Source: Nitrospirota bacterium (GTDB lineage Bacteria > Nitrospirota > UBA9217). From it: a stretch of 64,000 nt of DNA. The translations under genes were made by a program, and so were the position numbers. The notes beneath the pieces were generated by a model, which did no database searches, was not told the origin of the DNA, and saw only the letters and a list, made by a program, of their open reading frames with translations. Below, in pieces: positions 57,899-64,000 of this stretch; the first letter of the stretch is position 1; the number at the start of each line of letters is the position of its first letter. Location: positions 928,001 through 992,000 of the forward strand of contig OY760142.1 of the NCBI GenBank assembly GCA_963663225.1. Direction: 5' to 3'.

Positions 57899-58295
57899 TA
57901 GAAAAACGATTCGTCAGGCGTGGCGCTTCATCAATGCACAAATATACACGTATTTTCAACAGCTTATTGCAAAAAACATAATGCCGAATGAGATGCCGGG
58001 GTTGCCGTTTTGCGCAGCACTGTTTTTTTACTACTGAGAAACTCAGGGCGTTCCTGATGAAAAGCAGTGATCATAAACAGCATTCTCTATTCTTTGCCGC
58101 AAGGGGATGAATCCGACTGTTGAACGATGGTTCTCCCTAAAAACTCTTTCAGCACCTGAGCATACAATGAGCAAACTTTTGGCAGGTCCCTGCCCCCGCG
58201 TAACTCTCTGGTTTTATTTGACATCCCTGCGGGTTTCTGGTAGAAATGTATATTCCCGTTAAAATTCTGCATTATTCTGCAAAGGAGCGGACTCG

Positions 58296-58907
58296 ATGAA
58301 AACAATAAAACTGGTTTTTGCGGTCGCACTCGGCCTTTGCGTAAGCGTTGCTGCCTACGCGCAATTCGGTTCGCCGCAACCCAAGACCATACCGGTCACC
58401 AAAAAGGAGATCAAGAAAATGTCTACAACAAAAGCAATTATTGAAACAAAATTCGGCAACATTACTCTGAAATTTTTTCCTGATGTCGCACCGGGACATG
58501 TGAAAAACTTCATCGATCTTGCCCAGAAGGGGCTGTATGACGGCACAACCTTTCACCGGGTAATTCCCGGATTCATGATACAGGGTGGAGATCCGAACTC
58601 GAAGAACCCGGACAAAAAGATGCACGGCATGGGAGGACCCGGCTACACGATTAAGGCAGAATTCAACGCGCGCCCGCACAAAAGAGGCACCCTCTCGATG
58701 GCCAGGGCGGCGAACCCGGACAGCGCAGGCTCTCAGTTCTTTATTTGCGTAAAGGATTCCTCGTTTCTCGACCGGCAGTATACCGTATTCGGGGAAGTAG
58801 AAAGCGGCATGGATGTTGCCGATAAAATCGTTTCCCAGCCCCGGGACGGAAATGACAACCCGAATGACCGCATCGAGATGAAAGTCAAGATTATTGAAGG
58901 AAAGTAA
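58296..58907 (+). CDS. Cyclophilin-type peptidyl-prolyl isomerase with signal peptide
   Basis: FHRVIPGFMIQGGD, LSMAR, SAGSQFFI, YTVFG. Confidence 0.95.
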   Translation: MKTIKLVFAVALGLCVSVAAYAQFGSPQPKTIPVTKKEIKKMSTTKAIIETKFGNITLKFFPDVAPGHVKNFIDLAQKGLYDGTTFHRVIPGFMIQGGDPNSKNPDKKMHGMGGPGYTIKAEFNARPHKRGTLSMARAANPDSAGSQFFICVKDSSFLDRQYTVFGEVESGMDVADKIVSQPRDGNDNPNDRIEMKVKIIEGK

Positions 58908-58980
58908 TCGCGTTTTTTGTCATGCGCCTGCTTTTTGATGCAACAACATTTTCTATTCGATAGTACGAGGACAGGACACC

Positions 58981-60186
58981 TTGAAACAAAATATAAAAAA
59001 AATCGTAGTCGCCTATTCCGGCGGCCTTGACACTTCAGTCATCATTACCTGGCTAAAAGAGGAGTATGGGTGCGAAGTCATCGCCTTTACCGCCGACGTG
59101 GGCCAGGGAGAAGAGCTCGAACCGCTCCGCGAGAAAGCCATCAAGACCGGCGCAAGCAAGATTTACATCGATGATTTGCGCGAAGAGTTTGTGAGGGATT
59201 TCGTGTTTCCCATGCTGCGGGCAAACGCCGTGTATGAAGGCCGGTACTTTCTCGGAACATCCATTGCCCGTCCCTTGATCGCAAAACGGCAGATCGAAAT
59301 TGCCGAGCAGGAAGGGGCCGATGCCGTATGCCATGGAGCGACCGGCAAGGGAAATGACCAGGTCCGTTTCGAACTCACCTACTTTGCGCTCAAGCCGGAC
59401 GTCAAGATCGTAGCCCCCTGGCGCGAGTGGAGCATGAAAGGCCGTGAAGACCTGTTCGCCTATGCTGAAAAACGCAAAATTCCCGTGACGGCAACCAAGT
59501 CCAAACCGTTTTCCACCGACCGCAACCTTCTGCATATCAGCTATGAAGGCGGAATTCTGGAAGACCCGTGGAAAGAATCAACCGAGGACATGTACACGCT
59601 GGCCGTGCCGGTTGAAAAGGCGCCCGACAAACCGGAGTATGTCGAAGTTGAATATGAGGCCGGAAACCCGGTGGCAATCAATAAGAAAAAACTTTCTCCG
59701 GCCGTGCTCCTGGCAGAAGCAAACCGGATTGCCGGCAGCCATGGGGTCGGCAGGGTTGATCTCGTGGAAAACCGTTTCGTGGGAATGAAATCCCGGGGCG
59801 TCTACGAAACCCCGGGCGGCACGCTCCTGCACGCGGCCCATCGGGCCGTGGAGTCCATCACCATGGACCGGGAAGTGATGCACCTCCGGGACGGCTTGAT
59901 GCCGAACTATGCTGAACTGGTTTACTACGGATACTGGTTCTCGCCCGACCGCGTCATGCTGCAGGCGGCGATAGATGAATCACAGAAAAACGTGACCGGC
60001 ACCGCCCGGCTGAAACTCTACAAAGGCAACTGCGAAACCGTGGGTAGAAAATCCCCGGTGTCGCTCTACAATCCGGAACTTGCCACCTTCGAAGCCGAGA
60101 CGGTTTATAACCAAAAGGACGCGGAAGGTTTCATCCGCTTGAATGCTCTGCGACTGAGAGTAGCAAAAAGAAGAGGGCCCTGCTGA
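58981..60186 (+). CDS. argG: Argininosuccinate synthase
   Basis: [38 protein letters not shown]; TTG start. Confidence 0.98.
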   Translation: MKQNIKKIVVAYSGGLDTSVIITWLKEEYGCEVIAFTADVGQGEELEPLREKAIKTGASKIYIDDLREEFVRDFVFPMLRANAVYEGRYFLGTSIARPLIAKRQIEIAEQEGADAVCHGATGKGNDQVRFELTYFALKPDVKIVAPWREWSMKGREDLFAYAEKRKIPVTATKSKPFSTDRNLLHISYEGGILEDPWKESTEDMYTLAVPVEKAPDKPEYVEVEYEAGNPVAINKKKLSPAVLLAEANRIAGSHGVGRVDLVENRFVGMKSRGVYETPGGTLLHAAHRAVESITMDREVMHLRDGLMPNYAELVYYGYWFSPDRVMLQAAIDESQKNVTGTARLKLYKGNCETVGRKSPVSLYNPELATFEAETVYNQKDAEGFIRLNALRLRVAKRRGPC

Positions 60187-60276
60187 AAAAACGAAACAGC
60201 GACAATCATTGCGCTTCATGCATCATGATTGTCAGCTGTAATTTTTTCTCAATTGTTTAATCTGGTCAACCATTGT

Positions 60277-61713
60277 ATGAACACTGCGAAAAAAAATACA
60301 CCATCGAAAAGAAGAGGAAAAGCAAGGACGGCTGCCGCCGCGCCCAAGCCATGGGCCGGCAGATTCACGGAAGCCACGAACAAACTCGTGGAAGAGTTCA
60401 CTGCTTCCATTCCGTATGACTGGCGGCTTTATCCCTATGATATCGCAGGCAGCATAGCCCATGCGACCATGCTGGCAAAGACCGGCATTATTACCAAGAA
60501 GGAAGCCGCCAGAATTGTGCGCGGGCTGGAGGATATTCTCAAGGAAATTGCCGGCGGTGTTTTTAAGTTTCGTCTGGAGCTTGAAGACATCCACATGAAC
60601 ATCGAAAGCCGCCTGATGCGCAAAATCGGCCCCGTCGGCGGCAAGCTGCACACCGCGCGGAGCAGAAACGACCAGGTTGCACTCGATCTCCGCATGTATG
60701 TGCGGGACGAAATCGCCGAACTGCATGACCTGCTCGGCTCAATGCAAAAAACCCTGGTGTCGCTCGCAGACCGGCATTCCGAGGTGGTCCTTCCGGGTTA
60801 CACGCATCTGCAGCGCGCACAGCCCGTGCTTTTCGGCCATCATCTGCTCGCGTATTACGAGATGTTCGAGCGGGACAGAGGCCGTCTTACCGACTGCTTC
60901 AGGCGCGTGAACGTCCTGCCGCTGGGTGCGGGTGCCCTTGCCGGAACCGTGCTTCCCATCGACCGGCTTTTTGTGGCCAAACAGCTCGCATTCAGCGGGA
61001 TCGCGGAAAACAGCATGGACGCGGTGTCCGACCGCGATTTTGCCATCGAATTTACTGCTGCCTGCGCCCAGATTATGATGCATTTGTCACGGCTTTCAGA
61101 GGAACTTGTCCTGTGGTCGACGTCCGAGTTTCAGTTTATTACCATTTCGGATGCGTTCACCACCGGTTCTTCCATCATGCCTCAGAAAAAGAATCCCGAT
61201 GTGGCAGAGCTTGCCCGCGGCAAAACCGGGCGAGTATACGGCAGCCTTGTGGCGCTTTTGACGATCATGAAAGGCCTGCCGCTCGCGTACAACCGCGACA
61301 TGCAGGAGGACAAGGAGCCCCTTTTTGACGCCGCGGATACGGTGAAGCAGTCGCTTTCCGTGTTTATCGATATGCTGAAAAGCATCACGGTGCACAAAGA
61401 CGCAATGCAAAGGGCCGCTGACGACGGCTTTATTACCGCCACAGACCTTGCCGACTATCTGGTGCGGAAAGGTCTTCCCTTCAGGCAGGCGCATGAAGTC
61501 GTGGGCAAGGCGGTTCTCCGCGCCCTTGAACAGGGGTGCGGCCTTTCGACCCTGCCGCTCAGGGAATATAAACATCTTTCATCCCTGATCAATAAAGACG
61601 TATACGATGCGCTGTCCCTAGAAGCCTCTGTGGGCAGACGTATTTCACAGGGAGGCACCGCTCCAACAAACCTGCGCAAGCGCCTCTTCGCGCTCAAGAA
61701 AAAGATGCGATGA
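60277..61713 (+). CDS. argH: Argininosuccinate lyase
   Basis: [40 protein letters not shown]. Confidence 0.98.
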   Translation: MNTAKKNTPSKRRGKARTAAAAPKPWAGRFTEATNKLVEEFTASIPYDWRLYPYDIAGSIAHATMLAKTGIITKKEAARIVRGLEDILKEIAGGVFKFRLELEDIHMNIESRLMRKIGPVGGKLHTARSRNDQVALDLRMYVRDEIAELHDLLGSMQKTLVSLADRHSEVVLPGYTHLQRAQPVLFGHHLLAYYEMFERDRGRLTDCFRRVNVLPLGAGALAGTVLPIDRLFVAKQLAFSGIAENSMDAVSDRDFAIEFTAACAQIMMHLSRLSEELVLWSTSEFQFITISDAFTTGSSIMPQKKNPDVAELARGKTGRVYGSLVALLTIMKGLPLAYNRDMQEDKEPLFDAADTVKQSLSVFIDMLKSITVHKDAMQRAADDGFITATDLADYLVRKGLPFRQAHEVVGKAVLRALEQGCGLSTLPLREYKHLSSLINKDVYDALSLEASVGRRISQGGTAPTNLRKRLFALKKKMR

Positions 61714-62804
61714 CCATGCATACACGATCTTTGACCGCGGCTTTCGTGCTGCTCGTTCTGACGATTACCGGCGCCTGCGGATGGAAAACCCAGCCTCTTG
61801 TTCCTGAAAGCCCGAGACCCGAGATGATACGGGACATAAAAGCCGTTACCAGGGACACCACTGCTTTTCTTTCGTGGCCTGTGCCGGTCCGAAATGTTGA
61901 AGGCAAAAGCATGGGGCCGGCCGATACCCGAGAATTTCGCATAGAGCGCGCCGTAATCAGGCAAGACCAGAAAACACCGCGATATCGCCGTTATGCCGAC
62001 ATCGACATGGCGAACCCCATGCCCGCTGTTGTCCGGAACGGCATGGTGTTCTGGAATGATGCCGATCTCAAGTACAATCAGATGTATGGATACCGGATAC
62101 GGACGATAAGCACGCGGGGCGGAATAAGCGCCTGGTCGCCGGACGTGCGGATCGCCCCTCTGTTGTCGCTTGCCATACCAAAAGGTCTTATTGCGCAGGG
62201 AGGAGAGAACACCACGACGCTTTCCTGGGATCCGGTGGCCACAAGGATGGACGGCAGTCAATATGACGGCTTTGTCGGATACAATGTGTACCGGGCCGCT
62301 GAAAAAAGCAAATACGATGAAACTCCGTTGAACAAGGAACCGGTCAGAACAAACGCATACAACGACACCACGGTCGAGAATGACAAAACATATTATTACC
62401 GGGTGCGCTCTGTAGACAGCCCGACGCCTCCCTTGCATGAAAGCCCGGACTCGAACGAGGCGTCCGCAACACCGAGGAAATCGACGCCTCCTGCAAGGCC
62501 GGCCGGGCTCACCGCTGTTCCGGGCATAGCGCGGGTTTTTCTTACCTGGAGTGAAAATACGGAACCGGATCTTGCGGGTTACTACGTCTACCGGTCCGGC
62601 AGCAGCGGAAGAGACTACGTCCGTTTGACCGCGGAACTTCTTAACCAGACGACCTTTTCCGATGAAACAGCAAAAGCGGGTTCCACGTATTTTTATGTTA
62701 TCACCGCAGTAGATAAATCGGGCAATGAAAGCGCCCGATCGCAGGAAAAAAAGGCTTTTGTCGAGGATTTGAAGCAAAAATTCAACAAAAAGCAAACGCC
62801 ATAG
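61710..62804 (+). CDS. Predicted lipoprotein with about three fibronectin type III domains
   Basis: Signal peptide ending TGA-C, then GWKTQPLVP; repeated LSW/LTW...GYxVYR...YxYxVxxVD motifs. Confidence 0.82.
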   Translation: MTMHTRSLTAAFVLLVLTITGACGWKTQPLVPESPRPEMIRDIKAVTRDTTAFLSWPVPVRNVEGKSMGPADTREFRIERAVIRQDQKTPRYRRYADIDMANPMPAVVRNGMVFWNDADLKYNQMYGYRIRTISTRGGISAWSPDVRIAPLLSLAIPKGLIAQGGENTTTLSWDPVATRMDGSQYDGFVGYNVYRAAEKSKYDETPLNKEPVRTNAYNDTTVENDKTYYYRVRSVDSPTPPLHESPDSNEASATPRKSTPPARPAGLTAVPGIARVFLTWSENTEPDLAGYYVYRSGSSGRDYVRLTAELLNQTTFSDETAKAGSTYFYVITAVDKSGNESARSQEKKAFVEDLKQKFNKKQTP

Positions 62805-62864
62805 CGGCGGGAAAAATTGTTTTTCTATTCCCAGGTTCGCAGCACGTTCCGGAGAGGATAAACC

Positions 62865-64000
62865 ATGCACGATTTTCAATACAGAAATGGCGAGTTGTAT
62901 TGTGAAGACGTATCCGTCAGAAGCGTCGCCCAGCGGGTCGGCACGCCGTTTTATCTGTACAGCAGCCGCACGCTCGTGAACCATTTTCGCGCTTTCGACA
63001 ATGCGTTTGCAGGCGTCCCCCATCTCATTTGTTTCGCACTGAAAGCCAACTCGAACAGCGCCGTACTCAGACTTCTCAGCTGCGAAGGCGCGGGAGCGGA
63101 CATGGTCTCCGGCGGTGAACTGTTTCGCGCCCTTCGGGCAGGCATCGACCCTCACAAAATCGTTTTTGCCGGAGTTGGAAAACGCCGGGATGAAATAGAA
63201 TACGCCCTCAAAGTGGGCATCCTGATGTTTAACGTGGAATCAGGCGAAGAGCTGCATGCAATCGATCAGGCGGCAAAAGACATGCACGCGGTTGCGCGTA
63301 TTGCGCTCCGGGTGAACCCGAACATCGACCCGAAAACACATCCCTATATTTCCACCGGCCTCAAGGAGAATAAATTCGGGATCCCCATCGAGCACGCGCT
63401 TGAATACTATCAAGCCGCGAAAAAGCTGTCGAACATCGAAGTCATCGGCGTGCATCAGCATATTGGCTCCCAAATCACCGAGGTGCAGCCCTTTGTGGAC
63501 GCCCTGGAAAAACTTGTCGAGTTTGTAAAAGACCTTCGGTCTGCCGGCATGAATATTCAATACATCAACATCGGGGGCGGATTGGGCATCACCTATAAGG
63601 ATGAAACTCCACCCCTCCCAAGCGATGTGGCAAAGGCGGTACGGCCCCTGCTCAGCGGCTCGGGATGCACCATTGTCATGGAACCGGGAAGAGCGATCGT
63701 GGGCAACGCGGGCATACTCGTAACCAGCGCTCTCTACCGCAAGGACGGCGATAAAAAGCGCTTCCTCATCGTTGATGCCGGCATGAATGATTTGATCCGC
63801 CCCAGCCTGTATGAAGCGTATCATGACATCCGTCCGGTGGCCGAATCCGCTGGTGACACGGCGTTGCTGACGACCGAGGTCGTCGGCCCCATCTGTGAAT
63901 CAGGCGACTTTCTTGCAAAAGACCGTCCCATGGCGGATATTCAGCCGGGAGACCTGCTTGCGGTCATGGGCGCCGGCGCCTATGGTTTCTCCATGTCGTC
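62865..64000 (+). CDS. lysA: Diaminopimelate decarboxylase (3' end outside the window)
   Basis: Not in the ORF track because no stop is reached. ATG 62865 reads MHDFQY...GTPFYLYS...FALKANSN...HIGSQ...GGGLG...EPGR...GPICESGD...GAYG. Confidence 0.95.
   Translation, partial: MHDFQYRNGELYCEDVSVRSVAQRVGTPFYLYSSRTLVNHFRAFDNAFAGVPHLICFALKANSNSAVLRLLSCEGAGADMVSGGELFRALRAGIDPHKIVFAGVGKRRDEIEYALKVGILMFNVESGEELHAIDQAAKDMHAVARIALRVNPNIDPKTHPYISTGLKENKFGIPIEHALEYYQAAKKLSNIEVIGVHQHIGSQITEVQPFVDALEKLVEFVKDLRSAGMNIQYINIGGGLGITYKDETPPLPSDVAKAVRPLLSGSGCTIVMEPGRAIVGNAGILVTSALYRKDGDKKRFLIVDAGMNDLIRPSLYEAYHDIRPVAESAGDTALLTTEVVGPICESGDFLAKDRPMADIQPGDLLAVMGAGAYGFSMS

Noticed and set aside
61455-63155. 566-aa minus strand ORF
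   Set aside because: Antisense to argH, the FN3 lipoprotein and lysA, which are all well supported.

Overview
A gene-dense chromosomal window from a diderm (lpxC-containing), probably anaerobic bacterium. Gene content fits Nitrospirota or Desulfobacterota, but that is inference only. The housekeeping backbone is fprA, glgB, pbp1A-ileS-lspA-lgt2-rluD-lgt, tRNA-Val/tRNA-Asp, deoC, lpxC, a parC-like gene, and ppi-argG-argH-FN3 lipoprotein-lysA (truncated by the window edge). Notable accessory modules: (1) a minus-strand run arsR-acr3-proC-like-metallophosphoesterase-smsC-smsB-(thioredoxin/DsbD-like membrane protein)-hgcA-hgcB, i.e. mercury-methylation genes at the end of an arsenic-resistance cluster, tightly coupled to a minimal SUF-like Fe-S scaffold and a membrane thiol-redox protein; (2) a four-gene c-di-GMP/partner-switch operon (PocR-GAF-GAF-GGDEF, STAND ATPase fused to an RsbW-like domain, STAS with Thr at the phospho-site, GAF-HD-GYP); (3) a leaderless, LexA-boxed cassette of small protein-PolY-lexA; (4) a DedA + GltD/HdrD-like fusion oxidoreductase + exported rhodanese cluster; (5) a MarR-controlled QueG-like/hydrolase unit with two matching operators. 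Also seen: a full sigma54 architecture upstream of lpxC, a GNAT pseudogene with two in-frame stops, a possible IS200/IS605-end remnant, and a cyclophilin with two starts. No rRNA, CRISPR array, intact transposase or integrase was seen. All calls come from motifs read by eye; no database searches were run.
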